From: Planctomycetota bacterium
GTDB taxonomy: Bacteria; Planctomycetota; GCA-002687715; DRQF01
NCBI GenBank assembly: GCA_011369445.1
Contig: DRQF01000169.1
Coordinates: forward strand, 1,632 to 65,631
Reading direction: 5' to 3'
Length of the DNA stretch: 64,000 nt
Part shown: positions 34,978-46,156 of the stretch, one piece after another
Layout of the letters: the number at the start of each line of letters is the position of its first letter
Numbering within the stretch: the stretch's first letter is position 1
Program-made: the position numbers and the translations under genes
Notes under the pieces: model-generated
What the model saw: only the letters and a program-made list of their open reading frames with translations
Told to the model about the DNA's origin: nothing
The model's database searches: none

Positions 34978-36024
34978 ATGTGCATGAACGAATCGAGCCC
35001 GGGAACAGCTCCGGAAGGTCAACCGACACGATTGGCGGTTCCGCAGGCGAGCGCCGGCCGACGTTTGGATGTCTGGCTGAACGACGTTTTGGGCTGGAAC
35101 AGCCGGGCCCGGGTTCAGGAGCAGATCAAACTGGGCGGCATCCTGGTCGACGGGGAGGCCGTCAAGCCATCCCTGCGGCTGAGGGGAGGGGAATCGATCG
35201 AAGTTCACGCCGAAGGCCCCACGGCGGACGATCATCTGCTGCCCGAGGATCTCCCGCTGAAGGTGATCTACGAGGACGCATCGGTGATCGTCCTCGACAA
35301 GCCTCCTTTCATGGCCGTCCATCCCGGCGCAGGTCGAAGAACCGGGACGTTGGCGAATGCACTTGCTCATCATTTTCGAAGCCTCTCCGACGTGAACGGG
35401 TCGCTGCGACCCGGAATCGTTCATCGCCTGGACCGGGACACGACGGGGGTCATCTGCGTTGCATGTACGAATCGCGCTCACTTCTCAATTGCCGGTCAAT
35501 TCCATGATCGCGAGGTGGAGAAGACCTATTTCGCCATCGCCGAAGGCGTTTTGGAGTTCGACGAGTACCTGGTGGAGGAGCCCATCGGTCGTCATCCGGC
35601 AAATCCTCTGAAAATGGCTTGCCTGCCTTCAGGGCGTCCGTCCTCGACCCGCTTCGAGGTCGTCGAACGACTGGACGGATTCACCTTCGTCCGCTGCCGC
35701 CCCAAGACGGGGCGGACCCACCAGATTCGTGTCCATCTCGCCCATATTGGCCACCCCATTCTCTGTGACCGCCTGTATGGGCGGCGACACCGCATCACGA
35801 GGGGGGAGATTCTTCACCTCTCGCCGGAGGATCCCGACTACGAGAAGACACTTCTCGATAGACAGGCCCTCCATGCTGCTAACTTGACGCTATTCCATCC
35901 GTTGAAAGGGGAGCGGATGACATTCGAAGCTCCGCTCGCCAAGGACATGGAAGCCGTTCTCGAAGTGCTTCGAGGGCGGAGGCCCCGGTCCAGATCCACT
36001 CATCAGGGAGACCGCTCGCCATGA
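34978..36024 (+). CDS. rluD: 23S rRNA pseudouridine synthase, RluD type (S4 + RluA-family catalytic domain)
   Basis: Internal ATG (34978 or 34984) of ORF 34714..36024. The S4-like segment is [11 protein letters not shown]...[20 protein letters not shown]. The catalytic motif is [14 protein letters not shown], followed by [20 protein letters not shown]. Confidence 0.85.
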   Translation: MCMNESSPGTAPEGQPTRLAVPQASAGRRLDVWLNDVLGWNSRARVQEQIKLGGILVDGEAVKPSLRLRGGESIEVHAEGPTADDHLLPEDLPLKVIYEDASVIVLDKPPFMAVHPGAGRRTGTLANALAHHFRSLSDVNGSLRPGIVHRLDRDTTGVICVACTNRAHFSIAGQFHDREVEKTYFAIAEGVLEFDEYLVEEPIGRHPANPLKMACLPSGRPSSTRFEVVERLDGFTFVRCRPKTGRTHQIRVHLAHIGHPILCDRLYGRRHRITRGEILHLSPEDPDYEKTLLDRQALHAANLTLFHPLKGERMTFEAPLAKDMEAVLEVLRGRRPRSRSTHQGDRSP

Positions 36025-38057
36025 ACGGTGCCGATCATCTGCTGTCGCTGGTTTCCGGCGACGTCGACAAGGAAAAATACCAAGACCTCAACTGGTCGGG
36101 GTCGTTCCGCGACTACCTGAACAAGGTCTACGAGAACCCACTTCTGGCCAGGAACTCCTGGCAGAGGCTCTACGATATGGTGATCGCCCACGGTTGGGAC
36201 GAGTACACCGAGCACAAGGATCGGAAGGTCCGCTACAGGTTCTTCTCGGACCCGTACGGCGACGGAACGGATGCGATCTACGGTCTCGACTCATCGCTCA
36301 TGCGTCTCGTCGACATTCTCAAGGCCGGCGCCTTCGGATTCGGCGCAGAGCGACGCGTCATACTGTTGCACGGCCCCGTCGGTTCGGCGAAGTCCACGAT
36401 CGTGCGCCTGCTGAAGAGAGGGCTCGAACAGTACTCGAGAACCCCGGAGGGCGCCCTGTACACCTATTCCTGGAAGGATCCGAAGACGGGAGAATTGGTG
36501 CCGTCGCCTCTCCATGAGGATCCTCTCAAGCTCGTCCCTGAGCCGGCCCGTTCGAAAATCGTCGACGAGCTCAATGAGCGCATCGATCGGGGATACAAGT
36601 TGCGGGTTACGGGGGATCTGAACCCCTACTGCCGCCGTATGTTCGAGGATGCGCTTCGACGCTACGACGGGGACTGGATGCGCGTTCTGGATGACATCGT
36701 CGTGACTCGGATGATCGTCTCCGAGAAGGATCGGTGCGGCGTCGGGACGTTCCAACCCAAGGACGAGAAGAATCAGGATTCGACGGAGCTGACCGGCGAC
36801 ATCAACTACCGCAAGCTGGCCGAGTACGGGACGGACAGCGACCCCAGGGCCTTCAACTTCGATGGAGAGTTCTGCGTCGCCAACCGGGGGCTCATCGAGT
36901 TCATCGAGGTCCTCAAGCTGGACGTGGCCTTTCTCTATGACCTTCTGGGCGCTTCTCAGGAGCACTCCATCAAGCCCAAGAAGTTCAGCCAGACCGACAT
37001 CGATGAAGTGATCATCGGCCACACGAATGAGCCCGAATACAAGAAGCTTCAGAATAACGAGCTGATGGAGGCCTTCCGGGACAGAACGATCAAGATCGAC
37101 GTTCCCTACAACCGCACGCTGCGGAACGAGATTCGCATCTACGAGAAGCTCTTCAACGAGCGGTCCGTCAACAAGCACATCGCTCCCCACACCATCGAGA
37201 TGGCAGCGGTCTGGGCGATCTTGACGCGACTCGAGGAGCCCAAGCGTCCCAACTTGACGCTCATGCAGAAGGCGAAGCTGTACAACGGCAAGACGCTGCC
37301 GGGGTATACCGACGACACCATCAAGGAACTCAAGGAGGAGTGCGAGCGGGAGGGGATGGACGGCATCTCGCCCCGCTACATTCAGGACAAGATCTCCAAT
37401 GCCCTCGTGCGTTCGGGCGCCAGCCACATCAACCCGTTCATGGTTCTCAGCGAGTTGGAGTCGGGCTTGCAGCACCACTCGCTCATTTCGAGCGAAGATG
37501 TTCGCCAGCGCTATCGAGAACTTCTGACCTACGCGCGACAGGAGTACGAGGACATCGTGAAGAATGAGGTGCAGCGGGCGATTTCCGCGGACGAAGAGGC
37601 CATCTCGCGTCTCTGCCAGAACTACCTGGACAACATCCGGGCCTACATCCAACATGACCGGATCAAGAACCCGTTCACGGGAGAGCTGGAGGAGCCGGAC
37701 GAGCGCCTCATGCGATCGATCGAGGAGAAGATCGACGTCACGGAGAGTCGCAAGGACGCTTTCCGTCGCGAGATCATGAATTACATCGGTGCGCTGGCCG
37801 TCGAGAACCGGAAGTTCGATTACAGGACCAACGAGCGCCTGCACAAGGCGTTGGAGTTGAAACTCTTCGAGGATCAGAAGGACTCGATCAAGCTGACCAG
37901 CCTGGTCACCAACGTGGTGGACAAGGGGACGCAGGCGAAGATCGAGGTCGTCAAGCAACGGTTGATCGACAACTTCGGCTACGACGAGGAGTCGGCCAAC
38001 GATGTCCTCCAGTACGTGGCGTCCATTTTCGCGCGTGGTGACGCGAAGGAGGCGTGA
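36021..38057 (+). CDS. prkA: PrkA family serine protein kinase (YeaG-like AAA+ protein)
   Basis: 678 aa. The P-loop segment is [12 protein letters not shown], and there is conserved PrkA-type sequence throughout (CPLHEDPL-like [25 protein letters not shown]). The start overlaps the rluD stop (ATGA). Confidence 0.9.
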   Translation: MNGADHLLSLVSGDVDKEKYQDLNWSGSFRDYLNKVYENPLLARNSWQRLYDMVIAHGWDEYTEHKDRKVRYRFFSDPYGDGTDAIYGLDSSLMRLVDILKAGAFGFGAERRVILLHGPVGSAKSTIVRLLKRGLEQYSRTPEGALYTYSWKDPKTGELVPSPLHEDPLKLVPEPARSKIVDELNERIDRGYKLRVTGDLNPYCRRMFEDALRRYDGDWMRVLDDIVVTRMIVSEKDRCGVGTFQPKDEKNQDSTELTGDINYRKLAEYGTDSDPRAFNFDGEFCVANRGLIEFIEVLKLDVAFLYDLLGASQEHSIKPKKFSQTDIDEVIIGHTNEPEYKKLQNNELMEAFRDRTIKIDVPYNRTLRNEIRIYEKLFNERSVNKHIAPHTIEMAAVWAILTRLEEPKRPNLTLMQKAKLYNGKTLPGYTDDTIKELKEECEREGMDGISPRYIQDKISNALVRSGASHINPFMVLSELESGLQHHSLISSEDVRQRYRELLTYARQEYEDIVKNEVQRAISADEEAISRLCQNYLDNIRAYIQHDRIKNPFTGELEEPDERLMRSIEEKIDVTESRKDAFRREIMNYIGALAVENRKFDYRTNERLHKALELKLFEDQKDSIKLTSLVTNVVDKGTQAKIEVVKQRLIDNFGYDEESANDVLQYVASIFARGDAKEA

Positions 38058-39175
38058 TGGACAATCCCTCCATGATTCGACGCATCGAGCACGACCACTT
38101 CCGATTCAGGGAGATCGTCCGCGGTCGGATCAAAAGCGGGCTGCGCAAGTACGTGTCCAAGGGGGAACTGATCGCGCGCGTGGGCAAGAATAAGGTCTCC
38201 GTCCCGATTCCGCAGATCGAGTTGCCCAGGTTCAAGTTCGACCACTCCCAGGGGCAGGGCGTGGGGTCAGGTGAGGGGGAGCCCGGAGATCCGACGGGAG
38301 GGCAGCCGCAACCCGGTTCCGGTGAGGCCGGTGAGGGCGAGGGCGAGCACGTCCTCGAAGTCGAGGTCGAACTCGAGGAGTTGGCCAAGATCCTCGGTGA
38401 GGAGTTGGAGCTTCCCAACATCCAACCCAAGGGGCAGGCCGAGGTGGAGAGCCGCCGCGAGAAATACACCGGTTTGCGGAACACGGGGCCGGAGTCGTTG
38501 CGCCACATGAAGCGCACCTGGAAGAAGGCGCTCCGCCGAGAGATCGCCCAGGGGACATACGACCCTTCGAATCCCAGCATCATTCCCCTGCGCGAGGACC
38601 GGCGATATCGTTCCTGGAAGGTGAAGACCGAACCTCAGTACAACGCGGCCATCATCTACATGATGGACGTATCAGGTTCGATGGGTGCGGAGCAGAAGGA
38701 AGTCGTACGGATCACCGCATTCTGGATCGATCTTTGGCTGCGTCACCAGTACAAGAACATTCAGAGCGTGTTCATCGTGCACGATGCCACGGCCAAGGAG
38801 GTTGACCAGGAGACCTTCTTCCACCTCCGCGAGAGCGGCGGCACGAAGATCTCGTCGGCGTACAGCCTTTGTCGCGACATCATCGAGGAACGGTTTCCAA
38901 GCGATGACTGGAACATCTATCCGTTCCATTTTTCCGACGGCGACAACTGGTCGGGAAAGGACTCGGCTTGGTGTATTCAGTTGCTCGAGGAGTATTTGCT
39001 TCCCAGGTCCAACCAGTTCTGCTACGGCCAGGTCAAGTCCGCCTACGGAAGCGGCCAATTCAAGAGGGATCTCGACCAGAATCTCTCCGACGTGGACGGA
39101 TTGGTCACCACGGCCATTCCCGGCCGTGAGGGGATTCTCGACGCCATCCGCGAATTCCTGGGCAAGGGACGGTGA
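38054..39175 (+). CDS. DUF444 / YeaH-YhbH family protein (vWA-like)
   Basis: 373 aa. The N-terminus is [26 protein letters not shown], followed by an acidic Gly-rich insert and MDVSGSMG (MIDAS-like). It occupies the position between prkA and spoVR typical of the conserved trio. Confidence 0.85.
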   Translation: MMDNPSMIRRIEHDHFRFREIVRGRIKSGLRKYVSKGELIARVGKNKVSVPIPQIELPRFKFDHSQGQGVGSGEGEPGDPTGGQPQPGSGEAGEGEGEHVLEVEVELEELAKILGEELELPNIQPKGQAEVESRREKYTGLRNTGPESLRHMKRTWKKALRREIAQGTYDPSNPSIIPLREDRRYRSWKVKTEPQYNAAIIYMMDVSGSMGAEQKEVVRITAFWIDLWLRHQYKNIQSVFIVHDATAKEVDQETFFHLRESGGTKISSAYSLCRDIIEERFPSDDWNIYPFHFSDGDNWSGKDSAWCIQLLEEYLLPRSNQFCYGQVKSAYGSGQFKRDLDQNLSDVDGLVTTAIPGREGILDAIREFLGKGR

Positions 39176-39185
39176 GGGCTGACGC

Positions 39186-40652
39186 ATGCGCTTGAATCCC
39201 GAGCTTTCCCGTTGGCAACAGGTCATCGAGGAGCACGTCCGGTCCTACGGATTGGACTTCTTCGACGTTCACTTCGAAGTCCTATCCTATGACCAGTTGA
39301 ACGAAGTCGCGTCGTTCGGCGGATTCCCGACCCGGTATCCCCATTGGCGATTCGGCATGGCCTACGAACAGCTCAGCAAGGGCTACGAGTACGGCATGCA
39401 GAAGATCTACGAACTCGTCATCAACAACGACCCCTGCTACGCCTACCTGATGAGTTCCAATCCCCTCGTGGACCAGAAGATGGTCATGGCGCACGTCTAC
39501 GCGCACTGCGACTTCTTCAAGAACAACTACTACTTTTCGTTCACGAATCGGAAGATGATGGACGAGATGGCGAACCACGCCACGAAGATCCGTCGTCTGA
39601 TCGACCGAGTGGGATTGGAAAAGGTCGAGGATTTCGTCGACCTCGCCCTGTCTCTCGAGAACCTCATCGACCACATGGCTCCCTACATCGCGCGGAGCGG
39701 CGACGACCCCTCGCCCGAGTCGGAGGAGGGGCCACGGCGGATTCCCAGCAAGGACTACATGGACTCCTGGATCAATCCTCCCGAGTTCCTCGAGCAGCAG
39801 AAGAAGAAGTTGCAGGAGAATCAGGAGCGTCGCAAGCGGGCGACTCCGGATCCCATTCGCGACATTTTGGATTTCCTGATCCACATGGCACCTCTGGAGG
39901 ACTGGCAGGTCGAAGTCCTCGAAATCGTTCGGGCTGAGGCCTACTACTTCAACCCCCAGGCGATGACCAAGATCATGAACGAGGGCTGGGCGACTTATTG
40001 GCACCAGAAGATCATGACGAGGCATCTTTTGGACGACGCCGAGCTCATCGACTACGCCCAGACGATGTCCGGAGCGATCTCGTCGTCCGGTGGGCAACTC
40101 AATCCGTATCAGATCGGCTTGGCGCTCTACCACGATATCGAAGAGCGCTGGAACAAGGGGCGACACGGTCTCGATTGGGAGCGGTGCGACGACGCGACGG
40201 CCAAGCGCGAATGGGACACGGGAGCCATGGAGGGCCGGGAGAAGATCTTCGAGGTGCGGCGTCTCCACAGCGACGTGACGTTCATCGACGAATTCCTGAC
40301 TGAGGGGTTCTGTCATCGCCATAAGCTCTTCGTGTATGGCTGGAACCCGCAGACCCAGCGGCAGGAAATCCTCACGCGAGATTTCGATGCGGTGAAGGCG
40401 CAGCTGCTCCGTCAGCTCACCAACGGGGGACATCCCGTCATCGAGATCGTCGATTCCAACCACGCCAACCGGGGGGAGTTGTTGCTTCGCCATCGGTGGG
40501 ACGAGACGGATCTGAGGGACGATTACGCCCGAGAAGTGCTGAAGAACCTGGAGCGGATTTGGACGCGACCCGTCCTCCTCGAAACCGTGCAAAAGGAAAA
40601 GACCGTCCGCTACCGGTCGGTCGATGGCGAAGTCGAACTCGAGGTCGACTGA
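39186..40652 (+). CDS. spoVR: SpoVR family protein (YcgB-like)
   Basis: 488 aa. FGGFPTRYPHWRFGMAYEQL, YELVINNDPCYAYLM, AHVYAHCDFFKNN and NEGWATYWH are characteristic of SpoVR. Confidence 0.9.
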   Translation: MRLNPELSRWQQVIEEHVRSYGLDFFDVHFEVLSYDQLNEVASFGGFPTRYPHWRFGMAYEQLSKGYEYGMQKIYELVINNDPCYAYLMSSNPLVDQKMVMAHVYAHCDFFKNNYYFSFTNRKMMDEMANHATKIRRLIDRVGLEKVEDFVDLALSLENLIDHMAPYIARSGDDPSPESEEGPRRIPSKDYMDSWINPPEFLEQQKKKLQENQERRKRATPDPIRDILDFLIHMAPLEDWQVEVLEIVRAEAYYFNPQAMTKIMNEGWATYWHQKIMTRHLLDDAELIDYAQTMSGAISSSGGQLNPYQIGLALYHDIEERWNKGRHGLDWERCDDATAKREWDTGAMEGREKIFEVRRLHSDVTFIDEFLTEGFCHRHKLFVYGWNPQTQRQEILTRDFDAVKAQLLRQLTNGGHPVIEIVDSNHANRGELLLRHRWDETDLRDDYAREVLKNLERIWTRPVLLETVQKEKTVRYRSVDGEVELEVD

Positions 40653-40750
40653 GCCCTCCGGGGGTCAGCTCCCCGAAATCCGACGATCCCGCCCTGACGA
40701 GTCATCCCGATCACTGCTGTGGGCGTCCGGTTGGTTTAGTATGTTCCCCC

Positions 40751-41683
40751 ATGGAACCGGAGAGACGACAGCGAGGATTTGACTGGGCTTCGGCGATCTG
40801 GCCGTCCGATCGGGCGCATTTCGTGTTCCTGCTGGGCACGGCCATCCTCGCGATCATCTTCAGAAAGCCCGTTCCGAGGGCCTGGGACTGGTGCTGGGTC
40901 AATCTCGCTCTGGTGGGTTGTCTGGTGCTCCTTTGTCGCATCTGGCCGGATCCCCGACGGGGAGCCATCCCCCGGATGGCCTTCACGATGGTCGTCATCC
41001 CGGTGGTGTTCACCCAACTGGGGTGGCTCGTGCCCTTCGTGAATCCCCACGGCAAAGAAGAGCTCCTCTTCCACATCGACAGGGCGATGTTTTTCGGAGT
41101 GAACCCCGTGGAGGCGACGGCGCGCCTTGCGAATCCCGTCCTTACCGAGGTTCTTCAATGGGTTTATGACTTCTACTTCTTCATCGCGGTGATGCTCGGG
41201 TCGGCGGTGTTGAGAACGAAGGAGCCCAAGCTCCTGGCCCGCATCACCCATGCGTTCATCGTGTGCGTGTATGCCTCGTACGTGGGCTACTACCTGCTCC
41301 CGGCGAAGGGGCCCAACATCAACCATCTCGGGCTCTACAATTTTGCGACGGACCTTCCGGGCGTCTTCATGGCGCGGGAGTTGCGTGAGACCCTGTTCAT
41401 GATCGAGAAGATCAAACAGGACTGCTTTCCAAGCGGCCATACCGCCGTCTCCGTTCTCGCACTGCTGCTGGCCTACCGCTACGTGCCCAGGCTCGTGAAG
41501 CCGCTTTGGCCCCTGGTCGCCGCCCTTGTCTTCTCCACCGTCTATCTTCGCTACCACTACGTCGCGGACGTATTGGGAGGTATCCTGTTGGCACTGGTCG
41601 CCGACCGCTGGGCTCGGCGCAGCCACCTGAAATTCGAAGAGAGGCATTGGAAGAATCATGGTGAGCCGAGCGGAGCGAATTGA
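40751..41683 (+). CDS. PAP2-family phosphatase, integral membrane
   Basis: Internal ATG of ORF 40496..41683 (MEPERRQRGFDW). The protein is multi-TM. PAP2 motifs are FPSGHTAVS and RYHYVADVLGG. Confidence 0.75.
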   Translation: MEPERRQRGFDWASAIWPSDRAHFVFLLGTAILAIIFRKPVPRAWDWCWVNLALVGCLVLLCRIWPDPRRGAIPRMAFTMVVIPVVFTQLGWLVPFVNPHGKEELLFHIDRAMFFGVNPVEATARLANPVLTEVLQWVYDFYFFIAVMLGSAVLRTKEPKLLARITHAFIVCVYASYVGYYLLPAKGPNINHLGLYNFATDLPGVFMARELRETLFMIEKIKQDCFPSGHTAVSVLALLLAYRYVPRLVKPLWPLVAALVFSTVYLRYHYVADVLGGILLALVADRWARRSHLKFEERHWKNHGEPSGAN

Positions 41684-42374
41684 CGAAGCCCTCCTTCTCG
41701 TGGCGGGCGGAGAAGGCGTGCTTTGGGCCCTGGCACTGAATGAGATTCCTGTTCGCAGGACTTATATCGAGGCGGTCACCGGTCTCTCGGAGCGCGTCGT
41801 GGTCAAGGCTCTCGCACGACTTGCCAACGCCGGATTGTTGGCTCCTACGAAGGGGCTGCGATTCGAACTCGAATCGCCTGAGATGGCGAGGGACGTTCGG
41901 GAGCGGGTGCCGCCGGGCGAGCGGCGACAGATCCACGAGGAGAGTTTGAGGTACGAGTTTCCACCGGCCGAGGACCCCGGTCCGACCTTTCGCCTGGTTC
42001 ACCTGATGGGGGCAGACCGCGTGGCGGACGCTGGAAAGCTCATGCTCGAGATCCTCTCCCATGAGCCGCCCCAGATCGAGGCGGGGCGGGCAGCGACCCT
42101 CCTCGAGGAACTGATACGGCGGATCGACGACGTGGGGGACGAGCCCCTGGGCTTGATGGAGGGCTTGAAGCTGGCCTGGTTGCGCTGCGGTATGCAGACA
42201 TTGGGCCCTCGGAAACTGCGCGCCCTGGGAGAGGACTTGAAGGCGGCAGGTCTCGTCGGGGCAGCGGCCGCGACGCTGGACGCCCTTTTGGTCGAGATGG
42301 ACAGGGAACTGGCGGCGCGGGCGGCGCGTCGCAAGGCTCAGAAGAAGGCGGTCGGTTCGGAGGAGACGGCGTGA
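41658..42374 (+). CDS. Hypothetical protein with an N-terminal winged-helix-like segment
   Basis: 238 aa. RRTYIEAVTGLSERVVVKALARLANAGLL looks like a MarR/wHTH recognition unit, and the rest is helical. The gene overlaps both neighbours. Confidence 0.5.
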   Translation: MVSRAERIDEALLLVAGGEGVLWALALNEIPVRRTYIEAVTGLSERVVVKALARLANAGLLAPTKGLRFELESPEMARDVRERVPPGERRQIHEESLRYEFPPAEDPGPTFRLVHLMGADRVADAGKLMLEILSHEPPQIEAGRAATLLEELIRRIDDVGDEPLGLMEGLKLAWLRCGMQTLGPRKLRALGEDLKAAGLVGAAAATLDALLVEMDRELAARAARRKAQKKAVGSEETA

Positions 42375-43879
42375 GACACCGCGACCCATCCGTGTCCGCC
42401 CTTCTTCTCGCAGGCCTCCTCGCCATGTGCGTGGCCTCGATGTGCCCGGCCCAGGACTCCCTCAAACTCGAGGATGGGAGATTTCTTCAGGGAGAGATCC
42501 TCGGCAAGAAGAATGGAAAGATCCGTTTCGTCACGAAGGCGGCGCGGCTTATGGAGGTCGATCCCACCGACGTCGTGAAGGAGCGACGCGGCCGCAAAAT
42601 CCATCCAAAGATACGAGCGATGCTTGCAAAGGTCGACGCGGAGGACCCGGTCGCCCTGTTCGAGATCGTCCAGAGAATCGAGGGGAAAAAGGCGTGGGCT
42701 CGGGACGCGGTGCGGCTGGCCCGGCGGGCCGTCGCCTTTGATCCCGAGTTCGAAGAAGCCCGAAAGTTCCTGGGGCACGTCAAGTACGGCGATGTCTGGT
42801 ACTCGAGCAAGGAGGAGGCCCACGAGGCTCTGACCGAAAAAATGACCGCCGCCGGATACGTCTTCGAGAGTGGCGGTTGGGTCAAGGCGGAGAAGGCTGG
42901 CCGCCTCAAGAGTCAGCCGGACGCATTCATCTTGGTCGACGATCTCATCTGGCGCCCCCTCGAAGAGGTGATGAGGGAGAGGGGCTACGAGCTATGGGAT
43001 GGCCAGTGGTATCCCCCCGAAGAGAAGGCCATCATCATCTACCTGAAGCGCTTTCAGAAACGTATCGGCGTGAAGGCCCATGGAGCGATGAAGGGCGCCG
43101 TGCGGGTGATCCACGTGCAGGGACGGGAGAGCGCCCAGGAGACGGCTCAGGAGCTCGATCAGGCCAGGAACTGGTTTTGCGACACGTTTCAGGTGGGTCC
43201 GAAGTCGCGCCCGGACATTCGGCGTCTCCGCGAGGAGCCCTTCAGTTTCCACTATGTGCTCTCGGATGAGGCCGAACTCGCACGCTTTGCGGAGGCTTAC
43301 AAGGACAAGTTCAAGTTTCAGGATCTTGCGTTGACGCTTCCGAGGAAGCATGCACTCTGGCCCGACATGGGCCACGCGATTCATCTCGGCGAGAGCTTGT
43401 GGCGGAACTACCTCGTGGCGCAGCTGGGGGGCACCTTGATGCAGTGGTACTGGCACCGAGGTTTTCCTCTGCCGGCGTGGATCTGGGTGGCCTCCGCCCA
43501 TCACGCCGAGATCGCCGTCTTCGGTCAGGCGAGAACCCAATATGTCACCCGGGCGAAATATGACCGGACCACGAACCCCCCGGGACTCGATCGAAGAAAC
43601 CTCTCCGCGGCCAAGGAGGATCTCAGGGATCTGTACGAGGCCAAGGAGGTGAAGAGCATACGCGAGCTGTTCGCGAAGTCGTTCAACGAACTCGATTCAT
43701 CCGATGACCTCTTCGGCGTCGTCTTGTTCGATTGGTTCGTCAAGGAGCGATCGAAGGCGTGGTTCGGTTTCCTCTCTGGCCCGAAATCCGGGGCGCTCCA
43801 GAAGCGTTTCGAGAAGTACTTCGGCGGCAAGTTCGAGAAGGTGGAGCGGGATTTCAAGGCCTGGGTGATGGCCGACTGA
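42371..43879 (+). CDS. Secreted hypothetical protein
   Basis: 502 aa with a signal peptide (VSALLLAGLLAMCVASMCPAQD). I recognised no family. It is the last gene of the co-directional block that begins at rluD. Confidence 0.6.
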   Translation: MRHRDPSVSALLLAGLLAMCVASMCPAQDSLKLEDGRFLQGEILGKKNGKIRFVTKAARLMEVDPTDVVKERRGRKIHPKIRAMLAKVDAEDPVALFEIVQRIEGKKAWARDAVRLARRAVAFDPEFEEARKFLGHVKYGDVWYSSKEEAHEALTEKMTAAGYVFESGGWVKAEKAGRLKSQPDAFILVDDLIWRPLEEVMRERGYELWDGQWYPPEEKAIIIYLKRFQKRIGVKAHGAMKGAVRVIHVQGRESAQETAQELDQARNWFCDTFQVGPKSRPDIRRLREEPFSFHYVLSDEAELARFAEAYKDKFKFQDLALTLPRKHALWPDMGHAIHLGESLWRNYLVAQLGGTLMQWYWHRGFPLPAWIWVASAHHAEIAVFGQARTQYVTRAKYDRTTNPPGLDRRNLSAAKEDLRDLYEAKEVKSIRELFAKSFNELDSSDDLFGVVLFDWFVKERSKAWFGFLSGPKSGALQKRFEKYFGGKFEKVERDFKAWVMAD

Positions 43880-43904
43880 GGTTCCGTGGTGGGCGTCTTT
43901 CGTC

Positions 43905-46034
43905 TCAAGGAGCGGCCAGCTTGAACTGCCCCTCGTTCTGATCGGCCAGCCGACGCATGAAGTCGGCGGAGGGATCGACCCCGTCGATTCCCAGGCTGGA
44001 GACGAAAAGGGAGTGGATTTGGAGCCTCCTGTACCGGTTGCGCTCGCGAACGGCCTTCAGGATCTCCGAGGTCTGGGTGATTCGACCCGCTGACGGCTGG
44101 CCGTCCGTGAGGACCACGATCGTGTCCGCCTCCTTGTCCTTGAAGGCACGTTCGATCCCACCCCAAAGATTCGTTCCTCCGTCCGCGCGGACGTCGCGGA
44201 GCCTCTCGATCGTGCCCTTCTTGCGGGACGGCGTGGCGGGGCGAATCCCACCGAAGAAGCTCGTCACGCCGCCGGAGAAGAGCAGGACATTGTAGGAGCC
44301 GGGGGGTGAGAGAGAGGAGATCGCGCGGCGGAGTTCCACCTTCAAGGTCTCCAGCTTGCCGCCATTCATGCTCCCGGAGATGTCGCAGACGAACACGATG
44401 CGATTGCTTCGCAGGTCGAGGCCATAGAACATGGGGCCGTACCGCTCGTTTGCGGCCCTTGCATGGAGGGCCGGCGGAAGGCGAAGCGGCACCCAGTTTT
44501 GGGGAAGGGTCTCGATCCATGCCGCCCACACCTTCGGGGCGACACCGAAACGCTTGCCGGTGAGATACGCCAAACCGTCCGCCGCGACTCTCGCGAGTCG
44601 GTAGTGATCGAAGCCCGTGGCGCGTGCCAGTTGGGGGAGCACCTGGCGCCTTCCATCCTTGATGAGGGCCTCGATCGCGGCAAGCCTGACCTGCCAGCGA
44701 CGATGTGCCAGGAAGGGCTCCATGCGGCGGCCGAAATCGTCGAGGGACGCCGTCCCGGCCAGGGGGAGCAGGGCCGTCAGGAGACGCCAGTCCTTGTGAC
44801 GTTCCAAGGACTCGGTGAGCCACATCCTTGCGGTGGCCCCGGCGACGCCGGCATCCGCGAGACGTCGAAGCTTCGTCCAGTGAAGATCGAATCCTCCCGA
44901 GCGAATGCGACCGCGGACGCGCTCCCAGGGGCGTTGACGGCCGGTGGAGTCGGCCAGAGTCAAGGCCGCCCAGGTCGCCGTGACGAGGGATTCGTCGCGA
45001 GCGAGACGCTCAAGGTGCTTCACCAGGTCGGCTCTTGGATGGCTGCGGAAGAAGAGGACTGCGAGCGCCTTGGCTTTCGGCTCCGGGTCGCTGAGGAGGC
45101 TGAAGAAGAAGGGGTTCAGTTTTTCGATTTCACTGGCTTGCATGATGTCGAAAAGGCGACGAACGTCCGCCCACGGTACGTCCTCAATCCGCTTGGCCAG
45201 CTTCACTACCAAGGAGGGGCGGCCCGATGCCGAAAGAACCCGTCTCATCCCGCTGGCTTCGGCTCGTGCCAGGTCGACGATCCACGCGTCCACCACGAGA
45301 TCCTCGGCTCCGGGAGTTCCGCGACGAAGGAGTTCGAGTGCGGCTTCGCCGGCATGGAGGCGATCCTGATCTTCCACCGCGGCCACCCAAAACGGCATCC
45401 GGTCATCGGCGGGGAGATGTCTTGCCACCCGCCAGATGTCTCCCTGGACGACGGGGTTTTCGCTTTCACCGTAGAGGTCGGTGAGGAATGTCGTTGCTTT
45501 GGCGCGCAGGGGGTCGTCCTCATCCAGGAACAGGGTGAGAAGCCGTAGGAGGGCCGAGCCCAGGGGATCGCCCAAGTGGCGTCGAATCTGTTCTTCGAGC
45601 AGAGCGAGGCTTTCCGTCCTGGCCTTCGACTCGCGGATGAGAAGGTCGATGAGGTCGACCTTCTCGGCGATTCCGGGGGTCTTCTCGTAGAGCGTGAGAA
45701 TCGTCGACTTGGCGTCCGCCAGTGGGTGGTAGATGATCGCCTCGAGGGCGTCCCAGGCGTCATCGTCCCGCGGCCACCTCCGAAGGAGGGAGCGGAGAAA
45801 ACCGAGGGAACCCTTCGTACCGACCCTTTGGGCCGCGTGAATGAGGAGCGTGCGTCGTGTGGGGGAGGACGCCGCGGACCGCCAGGCGTCCTCCCAGCGA
45901 CCGATGTCCCATGTCCGATTCTGCGCTTGGACGGCGTTTGCGGTGCAGAGGATCCACATGAGGCAGAAGCCGGCGCGACGGGCTGAAGTCGCCCGTCTCC
46001 GCTGCTGCTGCCGGTGTGGGTGTCCTGGGGCCAT
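43905..46034 (-). CDS. HEAT-repeat protein with a C-terminal von Willebrand factor A domain
   Basis: ORF 43905..46760. I prefer ATG 46034 (MAPGHPHRQQQRRRATSARRAGFCLMWILCTANAVQAQ), which is preceded by GAAAGGA. The C-terminal vWA segment is IVFVCDISGSMNG...ADGGTNLWGGI...TIVVLTDGQPS. The ORF part upstream of 46034 is antisense to the neighbouring repeat gene. Confidence 0.75.
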   Translation of the reverse strand: MAPGHPHRQQQRRRATSARRAGFCLMWILCTANAVQAQNRTWDIGRWEDAWRSAASSPTRRTLLIHAAQRVGTKGSLGFLRSLLRRWPRDDDAWDALEAIIYHPLADAKSTILTLYEKTPGIAEKVDLIDLLIRESKARTESLALLEEQIRRHLGDPLGSALLRLLTLFLDEDDPLRAKATTFLTDLYGESENPVVQGDIWRVARHLPADDRMPFWVAAVEDQDRLHAGEAALELLRRGTPGAEDLVVDAWIVDLARAEASGMRRVLSASGRPSLVVKLAKRIEDVPWADVRRLFDIMQASEIEKLNPFFFSLLSDPEPKAKALAVLFFRSHPRADLVKHLERLARDESLVTATWAALTLADSTGRQRPWERVRGRIRSGGFDLHWTKLRRLADAGVAGATARMWLTESLERHKDWRLLTALLPLAGTASLDDFGRRMEPFLAHRRWQVRLAAIEALIKDGRRQVLPQLARATGFDHYRLARVAADGLAYLTGKRFGVAPKVWAAWIETLPQNWVPLRLPPALHARAANERYGPMFYGLDLRSNRIVFVCDISGSMNGGKLETLKVELRRAISSLSPPGSYNVLLFSGGVTSFFGGIRPATPSRKKGTIERLRDVRADGGTNLWGGIERAFKDKEADTIVVLTDGQPSAGRITQTSEILKAVRERNRYRRLQIHSLFVSSLGIDGVDPSADFMRRLADQNEGQFKLAAP

Positions 46035-46130
46035 GGAAGTCCTTTCGTGTGCAGTGTCGTACGTGAGATCGGACGGTGGAAGTGCCTGCAAGTTACCTCT
46101 GAATGCCGGAGTTCTCGAATCTCTCGACTG

Positions 46131-46156
46131 TTGGAAGACCGCGGAGGGGTTATAAT
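46131..46156 (+). promoter_or_regulatory. Promoter-like element with a perfect TATAAT
   Basis: TATAAT at 46151-46156 lies in a locally AT-richer divergent intergenic region. The nearest -35-like hexamer, TTGGAA at 46131-46136, has a spacing of only 14 nt. The element would drive the gene starting at 46297. Confidence 0.3.
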
